From Bacteroidia bacterium (GTDB taxonomy: Bacteria > Bacteroidota > Bacteroidia > NS11-12g > UBA9320), in the NCBI GenBank assembly GCA_047620825.1, contig JBLHOC010000001.1, positions 1-62,365 on the forward strand: DNA of 62,365 nt, read 5' to 3'. The translations under genes and the position numbers were made by a program. Below are positions 1 to 8,550 of this stretch, in pieces (position 1 is the stretch's first letter; each line of letters opens with the position of its first letter). The notes under the pieces are model-generated. The model did no database searches. It worked only from the letters and a program-made list of their open reading frames with translations, and had not been told where the DNA came from.

Positions 1-1397
1 CGATAGAAACAATTCCTAGCTCAAAAGCGGTTGATAAACTAGATCCTTATAAAAGAACGACCAACTTAAACAAAGACTTAATAGGAACAGGCTTGAGTAC
101 AATCTTGGCTGGTTTTCTGGGTGGACTTCCTGTAATTACTGTAATTGTGAGAAGTTCTCTCAACATCAACCACGGTGCACGAACGAAATGGTCAAACTTC
201 TTTCATGGGCTAATTCTATTGGCATTGGTGTTTTTCTTAATTGACGAAATCCAAATGGTTCCACTTGCTGCACTAGCAGCCATTTTGGTTTTTACCGGGA
301 TTAAACTAGCATCCCCCAAAATGTTTAGAGACACCATGAAGCTGGGGTACGAACAAGTTGTGATTGTTGTTTTTACCATAATTACAACACTGCAATACGA
401 TTTAAAAACGGGATTGATCTTTGGTATATTGATCACAATTCTTATCCATTTAGTTAAATCACACATACCTATAAATCTGTTTTTTAAGTATCTTAGAAAA
501 CCTCAATACCTGATTTCAAATGATGAACAGAAGGTCCTCTTAAAAGTGAAAGGCATTTCAAATTTTACAAACGTTTTAAATTTAACCAAAAAACTTAGCC
601 AGATTGGCTTTGGTAAAGACGTCATCATAGACTTTTCTCAAGCCAGATTGGTAGATCATTCGGTATTGGAGATATTAAAAGAATGGGATGACAAAAATGC
701 GAACGAAGGTGGGAGCTTTGATATAGTAGGGCTGGATATGCATGTCACAACTTCTCGACACCCATTAAGTTTACATGTGCTTCCTCCAAAATCAAGTCTT
801 TTCCTAAGCAGAAGGCAACAGCGTTTAAAAGAATTATCAGCCAAACACAAATGGACGTTCGACCCTAATGTTGTTTGGAGTAAAACCAGATTTCGCAAAT
901 TCATGATGTTTGATTCGAGACCGATTGAGTTTTCTAAGAACAGGATCAAAGGCGAGATGAAGGACCGAAATATACTTTGGGAAATATGTGACATCACATT
1001 TGATGAAGGAGCTTTTCTTGCCACAGAAGTGCATAATACTACAGTTGTTTTAGTGTCGATGGCGAATTACGACATTCCACGTTTCGAAATTGAAAAGGAA
1101 GGCTGGTTAAAGCGTATTTTGGATTTAGCCAAACGCGAAGAGATTTCCTTTGATGATGCACGATTTACAGGGGACTTTGCCGTAAAAGGAACAGACCCGG
1201 AGCAGGTAAAAGCATTCTTCACGGAAGAGGTTATCAAGTATCTGACTGCACAAAACAGATATCACATTGAAGGAAATGAGAACGGATTAATGGTCTTTCA
1301 AAACTATAGATACGCAAGTTCTACTGAGGTCGAAGAATTATTAGAGTTCACAAAAGGATTGGTTGCGCTGGTAACAAAGGAACCACCTACAGCTTAA
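1..1397 (+). CDS. SulP-family anion transporter, 5'-truncated by the window edge, with a STAS-like domain and a ~215-aa uncharacterised C-terminal extension
   Basis: Frame 3 is open from nt 3 (IETIPSSKAVDKLDPYKR...), so the listed start at 93 is internal. Hydrophobic helices (GFLGGLPVITVIVRSS, LAAILVFTGIKLASP) fit the C-terminal half of a SulP permease. A STAS-like segment follows (KVLLKVKGISNFTN...DFSQARLVDHSVLEIL). Stop at 1395-1397. Confidence 0.8.
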   Translation, partial: IETIPSSKAVDKLDPYKRTTNLNKDLIGTGLSTILAGFLGGLPVITVIVRSSLNINHGARTKWSNFFHGLILLALVFFLIDEIQMVPLAALAAILVFTGIKLASPKMFRDTMKLGYEQVVIVVFTIITTLQYDLKTGLIFGILITILIHLVKSHIPINLFFKYLRKPQYLISNDEQKVLLKVKGISNFTNVLNLTKKLSQIGFGKDVIIDFSQARLVDHSVLEILKEWDDKNANEGGSFDIVGLDMHVTTSRHPLSLHVLPPKSSLFLSRRQQRLKELSAKHKWTFDPNVVWSKTRFRKFMMFDSRPIEFSKNRIKGEMKDRNILWEICDITFDEGAFLATEVHNTTVVLVSMANYDIPRFEIEKEGWLKRILDLAKREEISFDDARFTGDFAVKGTDPEQVKAFFTEEVIKYLTAQNRYHIEGNENGLMVFQNYRYASSTEVEELLEFTKGLVALVTKEPPTA

Positions 1398-2595
1398 AGG
1401 TTAGACCCAATTTGCCGTACCAATAAACAGGTAAATTGTTTGAGGCCATAGACTCTAAACCAGTCACATCAATCATTAACAAATGTCTAGAGGAGAAGGG
1501 TAATACCGCACCAAAGTTTATGCCGTAGGCACCAAATCCACCAAGCCTAGCGCCAATTCTCCAACTGCCTTTTTTGCCTTTGATCTGTTGCTGATAATTT
1601 GACTCTAACAATGGATAATATCCAGAAAAATATAAATAACTAATTCGTGTATCTAATTGATTGGAGTTACCAAGACTTTTAATAAACCTAAAGGCCGTTT
1701 GGAAAGGAGCTAGTCGTGTACCACTAGAAGTATCTATGTCTAAATAATTTTGATCTACTGAATCCTTAATTTTTAGTCCACCAGATGAATTTATTTGAGA
1801 GGAGACGTCAAAGCCGTCAAAAGTAAAGTCCTTCAATAAAGTAGATGTTTTAATATTTGATGATTGAATAAAACCAAAATCAGATACTTGAAAGGACCAC
1901 ACATCGCTGTTAGGCCTTTGTTGTACCACTTGGAAATTAAATCCAGCACCAATGGTACCAAAGAAGTTTGACAAATCTTCTTGAATAACCAGATCAGCTC
2001 CCGTAACCGTAATCTCCTCTCCTGAGGAGTCTGTTACAAACAATCCGGAAGATCCTTCAATCATAGCATACTGATGCCCGAAAAGAAGGCTGAAACCAAA
2101 ACTCATTTTCGTTTTACTAGAAGAGTCAAACTCGCTTAACCCTATGGTGAGGGCACTATATCGTTGTGATTCAAATTTATTGTTTTGATCCAACGACAAG
2201 CTAGGAAAATCATGATTCCCTCTCAACACCATTTTGACTACGTCTTTTTGACTAGAGAGACCAGTAATGGCGTTGTGGTTAATGCCGAAATACAAACCCT
2301 GCTTTTTACCTGAATAAAAAGTGGCCCCAGTATTTATAAAACCACCCAATCTGTTTGAACTGCTAAGGGCATTTGACTGGTTTTGAATGATGTCATCTGT
2401 CCAAAAGTCCTGAAAGATGAGAGAATTTATTAAAAAACTTGACACCAAACCGGCGTCAGATGATAGGACTAATTTTTTTGAGTTGTCGAAAAGATAATCG
2501 TTTGGGCCGCTCCAAGAAACAGTACTGTCCATGGTTTGGGCCGATAACGAAAAACTAAAAACAATTAGTAACGCGAGATTATAAAGTCTGTTCAT
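1387..2595 (-). CDS. hypothetical secreted or outer-membrane beta-barrel-like protein of unknown family
   Basis: ORF 1387-2601. The first ATG at 2595 gives the signal peptide MNRLYNLALLIVFSFSLSAQ. The protein is Gly/Ser/Asn-rich with alternating strand-like segments and ends ...KLGLTFKL. Its start overlaps the stop of the upstream lipoprotein gene by 17 nt. Confidence 0.6.
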   Translation of the reverse strand: MNRLYNLALLIVFSFSLSAQTMDSTVSWSGPNDYLFDNSKKLVLSSDAGLVSSFLINSLIFQDFWTDDIIQNQSNALSSSNRLGGFINTGATFYSGKKQGLYFGINHNAITGLSSQKDVVKMVLRGNHDFPSLSLDQNNKFESQRYSALTIGLSEFDSSSKTKMSFGFSLLFGHQYAMIEGSSGLFVTDSSGEEITVTGADLVIQEDLSNFFGTIGAGFNFQVVQQRPNSDVWSFQVSDFGFIQSSNIKTSTLLKDFTFDGFDVSSQINSSGGLKIKDSVDQNYLDIDTSSGTRLAPFQTAFRFIKSLGNSNQLDTRISYLYFSGYYPLLESNYQQQIKGKKGSWRIGARLGGFGAYGINFGAVLPFSSRHLLMIDVTGLESMASNNLPVYWYGKLGLTFKL

Positions 2596-4630
2596 AAACA
2601 AAGTCAGCTGACAGTTGAGTTTTTAGAAGGTAGTCGCTATATATTTTGTTGGGTGATCCATTTGGCGTGTCGAAAACACTCCTAATTCGAATCTTTGTGG
2701 CTTCGCGTATAATATCCATTTGCTGTACGGACACGGTCGCGGTTAAATACGACAGAACTGGTCCGTCTGTTTTTCCAGTCAATGAATTTACAACACCAGC
2801 TTCGATCTTTTCGCCGGAATTAAAGATAGACAACATAACTTCATCGTTTTCATTTAGAAACTCCACCTCAACAGTAGCATCTAATGGAAAGTTATTTTCA
2901 ACTCTAAGTTTAAATGCGCCACTTTTGATTTTATCTGAGTTTTCGAGTTCACTAAAGTTAAATGCCTGTTTTTGAACCAAGGTTAAATTGTCGGCAGCAA
3001 AATGAACAGGCAGACTTACGCTAAGACGTGCCCTCAAATAACTGTCGTCCTTTACAAAGTCAGTGTAGTCTCTGCTGCCATTTGGTCGACTTATAATCTT
3101 AATGTTAGTTGTTATTTTATCCGGGAGCACCTCAACAAAGTCCTTTATGTTGGAACTAACGTCGTCGAATTCATAGAACTGGGTATGGGCAATTAACGGC
3201 GGATTTGTTGCCCTCGTTAATAGAACGTCTTGACCAATGAGCCAAGGGTGTGTTAAAGAAACAGTTGTGTTATTGTTGGAGTTCGTTGCGACAATAGAAT
3301 TTACAGTTGTAAGGGCTTGGATACCGAATGCGTTGTCTAGAAACAAATTCATTTTTACAACTTCCAAATCCAATTTTCCTGAGACGTCTTTAAATATTGC
3401 AATATCAACCGTCTCATTTACTTCAAACTCTTTTCTACCAAAATCCCCAAAGGCGTATTCTGGTTTGATATCTACTAAGCCGAATTCTATTTCTACAAAA
3501 TCGTCAAGTGAGAGGTCACGAACCTTTCCTGAATAAACAGTTCTGGCTGTAAGTTCACTGTAAACCGTGTTAAAAAATGGGGCTTGCGTAGGATCCTTGC
3601 CCTTGTATTGCATCACAAAGCCATCTAGTGGAAATTCTCCCTCAATGACTTGAATGGTGCCAGGACTGGCTGCTGGAACACGATACTGTTTTGTAAAAGG
3701 TTTATTAAAATCCCCTTCTTCACCACTGTTTGGGAAAGAATAGTCAATGATTATTTCTTCCTGAATGGTACTTGATATTTTCATTTTTACCCAGCCAGTT
3801 CTTGCTTTAATTTCTGTAATAAGGGGCCCACCAAATTTGTATAAGACCTCTTGCTTGTCTTCAACCAATGTTTGCTCCGGGAAAATGGCAGTTGCATATT
3901 CTGGTTCAAGTGAATGCACAGATAGTTCTAACCGAACACCTTTATCTGCATCTATTAAAACAGGGCCATTACTTGCTCGAGTTTCAACTAAAACAATACT
4001 ACCAACCATTACGCCATCTACTACTTTTCCGGCCAAATCGATGGACTTTAAAGATGATGTATTGGGGGCAATGTCAATAAAAGTATCTTGTGCAACAATT
4101 ATCCCACTCGCCTGATTCACCAATTTGAATATGATCTTATCAACGTATACTGGAAGATCATTGTGAATGGTAATATCAAGAAACCCTTTATTAAACTTGG
4201 CGGTTTTAAAGAATTCTTCACTGACATCAATAATCTGCTCACCTTGAGGATTTTCAATTTTTTGTGCGTCGAAAGGCAACGTTAAACCATCAAATAAACC
4301 GGTAGTTGGATCCATTTCTCGTAACGTGAATGTGTCGAGATATGTACGGTCGGCCAGTATCAATTTGTCCAGTGTGATTTTAACCTTATCTAAGGTATCA
4401 GGTACATCAAGGTAACTGCCTACACTGTCAATGGCGAACACATATTCGTAACGCAGATTGTAACTTTTGTCCGTATCTGCAATGAGCAAACTATCATGCA
4501 ATAGGTCGTCAAAGCCAAGCTCCGCCTTTAACAAGGGAGCCTTAATACGTGTATCCCAATGCTTTTGATCGCGGTTACACGCAAATAATAAGAGCGACAC
4601 AGCGACCCCTAGAATGAATTTTGTCCGCAT
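2579..4630 (-). CDS. large hypothetical lipoprotein of unknown family
   Basis: 683-aa ORF. It has a lipoprotein signal with lipobox (MRTKFILGVAVSLLLFAC-NRDQ). The body is beta-rich with no catalytic motif I recognise. It is co-directional with, and overlaps, the downstream barrel-like gene. Confidence 0.7.
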   Translation of the reverse strand: MRTKFILGVAVSLLLFACNRDQKHWDTRIKAPLLKAELGFDDLLHDSLLIADTDKSYNLRYEYVFAIDSVGSYLDVPDTLDKVKITLDKLILADRTYLDTFTLREMDPTTGLFDGLTLPFDAQKIENPQGEQIIDVSEEFFKTAKFNKGFLDITIHNDLPVYVDKIIFKLVNQASGIIVAQDTFIDIAPNTSSLKSIDLAGKVVDGVMVGSIVLVETRASNGPVLIDADKGVRLELSVHSLEPEYATAIFPEQTLVEDKQEVLYKFGGPLITEIKARTGWVKMKISSTIQEEIIIDYSFPNSGEEGDFNKPFTKQYRVPAASPGTIQVIEGEFPLDGFVMQYKGKDPTQAPFFNTVYSELTARTVYSGKVRDLSLDDFVEIEFGLVDIKPEYAFGDFGRKEFEVNETVDIAIFKDVSGKLDLEVVKMNLFLDNAFGIQALTTVNSIVATNSNNNTTVSLTHPWLIGQDVLLTRATNPPLIAHTQFYEFDDVSSNIKDFVEVLPDKITTNIKIISRPNGSRDYTDFVKDDSYLRARLSVSLPVHFAADNLTLVQKQAFNFSELENSDKIKSGAFKLRVENNFPLDATVEVEFLNENDEVMLSIFNSGEKIEAGVVNSLTGKTDGPVLSYLTATVSVQQMDIIREATKIRIRSVFDTPNGSPNKIYSDYLLKTQLSADFVYEQTL

Positions 4631-4718
4631 TATATGATTGACCTAATTTTGTACAACATCTTTATCAGTAACAAAGTAAGGGTTTTAAAAATAGATAGTT
4701 GTAATCGTATAGTCAATA

Positions 4719-5390
4719 ATGTCATCACATCATTTCGTCCGAGATAAACAAGAACCCGCCCTAATTATAGCAAATGGCGATGAGTGTTCAAATGACCTTC
4801 TGAATCAATTATTGGAGTGGAATCCATTTGTCCTGGTGTTGGATGGAGCCCTTGATCGTGTTCTAAAAAAGGGCATCAAAGTCGACGCTGTGATTGGGGA
4901 TTTTGATAGCATTACAGTGAACCAACTTGGCGTAGAGGATGAGCAGTTAATTGAATGGATTGTTCAAGAAGAACAAGATTCTACCGATCTAGAAAAAGGC
5001 ATAAAGTATCTTTTGAAGACCGGACATAGCGCAGCCAATGTCGTTTGGGGTACTGGAAAACGGTTAGACCATGCGCACAACAACTTAATTACGATTGCGA
5101 AATACAGTAAAGCCATGGCCTTATGTATCCTTGATGATTATTCAAAGGCCTACTGTTTACAAGCATCACCTTCAAAGTTTACCAAATATTATCCAGCCGA
5201 ATCCAACATTTCTCTGTTGCCCATGACGAATGTTTATGGTTTAACAACGTCTGGACTAAAATATAATTTAGCCCAAGAAGACTTCATTTTGCCTGAGAGA
5301 ACGGGTAGTAGTAATGAGGCTGTGTCCGACGGTATTATTGAGATACAGTTTAATAAAGGCATCCTAATCTTAATGGAATGCTTCGACTAA
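4719..5390 (+). CDS. thiN: thiamine pyrophosphokinase
   Basis: 223 aa with TPK-like motifs VIGDFDSI and EEQDSTDLEKG. A C-terminal thiamine-binding-like beta domain contains SSNE. Confidence 0.75.
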   Translation: MSSHHFVRDKQEPALIIANGDECSNDLLNQLLEWNPFVLVLDGALDRVLKKGIKVDAVIGDFDSITVNQLGVEDEQLIEWIVQEEQDSTDLEKGIKYLLKTGHSAANVVWGTGKRLDHAHNNLITIAKYSKAMALCILDDYSKAYCLQASPSKFTKYYPAESNISLLPMTNVYGLTTSGLKYNLAQEDFILPERTGSSNEAVSDGIIEIQFNKGILILMECFD

Positions 5391-5495
5391 CCTGAGTCGG
5401 CTGGTCGAGTAAAACAAAACTTTTATAGTACTTTGTAATGCATAGTACCATTTAAAACCCATATATTTGCATAACCAAATAGGAATGAGGTCTAA

Positions 5496-5822
5496 ATGAA
5501 GTTAGAAAATATACAAGCACAGATGCGAAAGGGAATACTTGAGTATTGCGTATTGGCAATAATAAGTAGTGAAGAAATATATGCCTCTGATATAATAGGG
5601 AAGCTCAAAGCAGCCAAATTATTAATAGTTGAAGGCACGTTATATCCGCTATTAACCAGACTTAAAAATGCTGGATTTTTGACATATAACTGGAAAGAAT
5701 CAGACCAAGGACCACCGAGAAAGTATTATTCCATCACGAGTGACGGGAAAGATTTTTTGACTGAATTAGATAAAACATGGAAAGTGTTAAGCTATTCTGT
5801 AAAACAACTAACAAGCCTATAA
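5496..5822 (+). CDS. PadR-family transcriptional regulator
   Basis: 108 aa with the winged-HTH PadR signature (EYCVLAIIS...YASDII...EGTLYPLLTRLKNAGFL...PPRKYYSITSDGKDFL). A TATATTTG -7-like box lies at 5462-5469. Confidence 0.85.
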   Translation: MKLENIQAQMRKGILEYCVLAIISSEEIYASDIIGKLKAAKLLIVEGTLYPLLTRLKNAGFLTYNWKESDQGPPRKYYSITSDGKDFLTELDKTWKVLSYSVKQLTSL

Positions 5823-5829
5823 TTAGACA

Positions 5830-7986
5830 ATGAATAAAATAGTTACTATTAACATTGGCGGAATTGCCATTACGATTGAAGAGGACGCGTTTGACGCTCT
5901 TCGAGATTACCTAAGAAACATCGGAAACCATTTTAAGAACACCGAAAATGGAGACGAAATAATCTCTGACATTGAATTGCGCGTTGGAGAGGTGCTTCAA
6001 TCAAAATTGAGCGAAGCAAAAATATCAATCAACATTGGGGATGTTGAAGAGGTGGCCCAAACAATGGGATACCCTTCAGATTTTGAAGTCGAAGATGCCC
6101 AGCCAAGTGCAGAACCTGAAAAGAAATCTAAAGAAAAAAAGTCGACAGACTCCAAGGAGAAGTCAAGCTCAAGAAAAACGAGACGCTTGTTCAGAGATGT
6201 GGAAAACCAAAAGGTTGGAGGTGTTTGTGGGGGTCTTGCAAAATACTTTGATTTCGATCCTATGGTACTCAGAATTTTATGGGTGCTTTCTTTACTTGTA
6301 TTTGGTTTCGGTTTCTGGATATACATCATTTTGTGGGCCATTTTGCCTGGTGCAAAAACAGCAGCCGACAAACTAGAGATGATGGGGAAATCTCCCAATA
6401 TCGAGAATATTAAAAACACGATACAAGACGAGGCAAAGGCGACTTATCAACGAATTGCGACACCTGAAAACAGAAAAACAATATCAAATTTCTTTGAATC
6501 TGTAATTGCTTTCTTACGCAGAGCCTTTGGTGTCTTTTTTAAATTATTTGCAATCATCGCATTCGTTGGCATTATTATTCTCTTGGTTACGTCATTGATT
6601 GGCATCATATTTAATGGCCATTTCTTTAACGTAAACTCGAACGTAAGATTCGATGGTCATGTATTTGACGCCTTAGTATTAGGTACTGGTTCTTGGTTAT
6701 TTAAAATTGCGTTTTACCTCATCTTTGCAATTCCACTGGTATACATCGGGATGCACATCTTGCCAGAACTATTGTCAGTGCCTAAACCAACAAAACCAAT
6801 AAAGCAATCCATGATATCTGGTTGGTTTATTGTCATTATACTCGCCATTGTAGGATTTTTCTATAGTGCACGGCAATATCAGTCGGAAGGTATTGCAACA
6901 GAAATTACGACTGTCGAAATAGACAGTGACACCCTAATTATTAGAGTAGACGACATTTTTGTAGAAGAGTTTAATGCGACAAAACACTCTATAAGGTTAG
7001 ATGTTATCCAGTCTGATGATGGTTTGGTCGAGATCAAAACACAGAAATCTGCAAGAGGAAGTGATGAGGCAACAGCAAAGTCTTCAACTGCACACATAGC
7101 CGATGCTTATCGACTCTCAAAAAACACACTAATGCTGAGTGAAAAAGTGTTATTGAAGGGGGATGGAAAAGCAGTTGCACCCACATTATCCATAACAGTA
7201 AAGGTACCAATCGGCCACACCGTTATTTTTCATGAATCCACAAAAAAGGTCATTCATAATATCGAAAATCTTCAGAATATCTACGATCCAAATATGGCAG
7301 GTCATTCATTTTATATGTCTGAAGCAGGGTTCAGGTGCCTTGACTGCAAAAGCCAAGATAAGCGTAGCTCTACAAAAAGCTACAACCAAGGTTTTAATAG
7401 ATTAGAAGTAAGTGGTGCATTAAAAGTGGCGATAATAGAAGGAGAAAAACAGGATGTTGAAATACCAGAACGGATGGATGGTAAAAAATGGGTGGACGCA
7501 GAAATCCATAACAACACATTGTACCTAAAACAGAAGAATGGATTAGTGTCAGATAACCAAGAAATCATGGTCTACATTCCAGTACTGAAATCGATTAAAC
7601 TAACAGGTGCGTCAAGCGCTAGAGTAGATGCAAGTGAACTTGAAAAAGCATACGTTGATATTGAACTTAAAGGGGCTTCAAAAATTAAATTTGTGGATGC
7701 AAAATGCGACAAAATATCGTTAGAAATGAGTGGCGCATCTTACGCCAGTTTTTCAGGAGAAACCGATTTGTTATTACTTGAAGCAGACGGGGCGTCTAAT
7801 TTTGATGGATCTGGCTTAACGGCAGAAAATGTCAACTTGGACATGACTGGAGCTTCACAAGCGATTATTATAGCTATTTCAGAAGTGACAGGAAATATGA
7901 AAGGTGCGTCTAACTTTAAGTACCAAGGAAACCCAACAATCAAAGTTGATAGATCTGTTGGAGCCTCAATTAAACAAATGGATTAG
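5830..7986 (+). CDS. PspC-domain membrane protein with a C-terminal DUF2807/GIN-like beta-helix repeat region
   Basis: PspC motif VGGVCGGLAKYFDFDPMVLRILWVLSLLVF, followed by several TM helices. Repeated GAS-x-motifs occur near the C-terminus (LTGASSARVD, LKGASKIKF, MSGASYASF, ADGASNFDG, MTGASQAII, MKGASNFKY). It starts 8 nt after padR, and this PadR-PspC pairing recurs in Bacteroidota. Confidence 0.8.
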   Translation: MNKIVTINIGGIAITIEEDAFDALRDYLRNIGNHFKNTENGDEIISDIELRVGEVLQSKLSEAKISINIGDVEEVAQTMGYPSDFEVEDAQPSAEPEKKSKEKKSTDSKEKSSSRKTRRLFRDVENQKVGGVCGGLAKYFDFDPMVLRILWVLSLLVFGFGFWIYIILWAILPGAKTAADKLEMMGKSPNIENIKNTIQDEAKATYQRIATPENRKTISNFFESVIAFLRRAFGVFFKLFAIIAFVGIIILLVTSLIGIIFNGHFFNVNSNVRFDGHVFDALVLGTGSWLFKIAFYLIFAIPLVYIGMHILPELLSVPKPTKPIKQSMISGWFIVIILAIVGFFYSARQYQSEGIATEITTVEIDSDTLIIRVDDIFVEEFNATKHSIRLDVIQSDDGLVEIKTQKSARGSDEATAKSSTAHIADAYRLSKNTLMLSEKVLLKGDGKAVAPTLSITVKVPIGHTVIFHESTKKVIHNIENLQNIYDPNMAGHSFYMSEAGFRCLDCKSQDKRSSTKSYNQGFNRLEVSGALKVAIIEGEKQDVEIPERMDGKKWVDAEIHNNTLYLKQKNGLVSDNQEIMVYIPVLKSIKLTGASSARVDASELEKAYVDIELKGASKIKFVDAKCDKISLEMSGASYASFSGETDLLLLEADGASNFDGSGLTAENVNLDMTGASQAIIIAISEVTGNMKGASNFKYQGNPTIKVDRSVGASIKQMD

Positions 7987-8399
7987 TCTATAAAGACTGA
8001 TCTTTCCGCGTCGGTAGGAATTCGACATGTATTTTTTTGACCAAACCATTTATATCGATTTCGAGCGATTACATCGTACATGTAATTTCGTAAAAACCGG
8101 GGCATCAACTTAAAAACGTAAGTCAGGGCGTATGGAAAGCCCAACCCTAAAGCAATTGCCAACACAGCATTTGATTTTTGTTTTATAACACCATTGTTGT
8201 AGTACACGAGGCTTTCTGGATTTTGAAGCGCTATTGACGTGTGTATTAATAGTTCCTTGGCGGTATTTGATTGTAAGGAAGCAAACCTAAATAGGTGCTT
8301 TTTATCCTTTTTTATCACGTAATCAACAGACGTGTTGCATAGATTGCATACGCCATCAAAAAAAATTATTGGAGATTCACTGTTTACTAAAGAGCCCAC
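7983..8399 (-). CDS. DCC-family thiol-disulfide oxidoreductase (DUF393)
   Basis: 138 aa with the N-terminal FDGVCNLCNTSVDYVIKKD...FRFASLQS motif (DxxCxxC) typical of the DCC1-like family. Confidence 0.8.
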   Translation of the reverse strand: MGSLVNSESPIIFFDGVCNLCNTSVDYVIKKDKKHLFRFASLQSNTAKELLIHTSIALQNPESLVYYNNGVIKQKSNAVLAIALGLGFPYALTYVFKLMPRFLRNYMYDVIARNRYKWFGQKNTCRIPTDAERSVFID

Positions 8400-8446
8400 C
8401 TATTTGTTTTAGTTCTTCTCACATTAACAACTGTAATGCCGCAAAG

Positions 8447-8478
8447 TTGAATAAAGTTTCTCAAAATTGGTACTTTTG
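8447..8478 (+). promoter_or_regulatory. Bacteroidota-type promoter candidate for the E1 dehydrogenase gene
   Basis: TTG (8447-8449), 21-nt spacer, TACTTTTG (8471-8478). This matches the TTG...TAnnTTTG consensus and lies 73 nt upstream of the ATG at 8551. Confidence 0.4.
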
Positions 8479-8550
8479 CACCACTCTAAAGGTACAAGTT
8501 CACGTAGCAAATAGAGGGGTTTTTTTCATAAGTTTCAAATCAAGGAATAC

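Noticed and set aside
5997-6419. 140-aa ORF antisense to the PspC-domain gene
   Set aside because: It overlaps the low-complexity Lys/Ser-rich linker and the PspC motif of the sense gene. It has no motif of its own.
8481-8526. Hairpin (CCACTCTA, 23-nt loop, TAGAGGGG) followed by T7 in the leader of the E1 gene, considered as an attenuator or riboswitch expression platform
   Set aside because: The 5' arm starts only 3 nt after the predicted -7 box, so it may not be fully transcribed. The stem has a mismatch and a large loop, and I recognise no aptamer-like sequence upstream. It remains possible but is unsupported.
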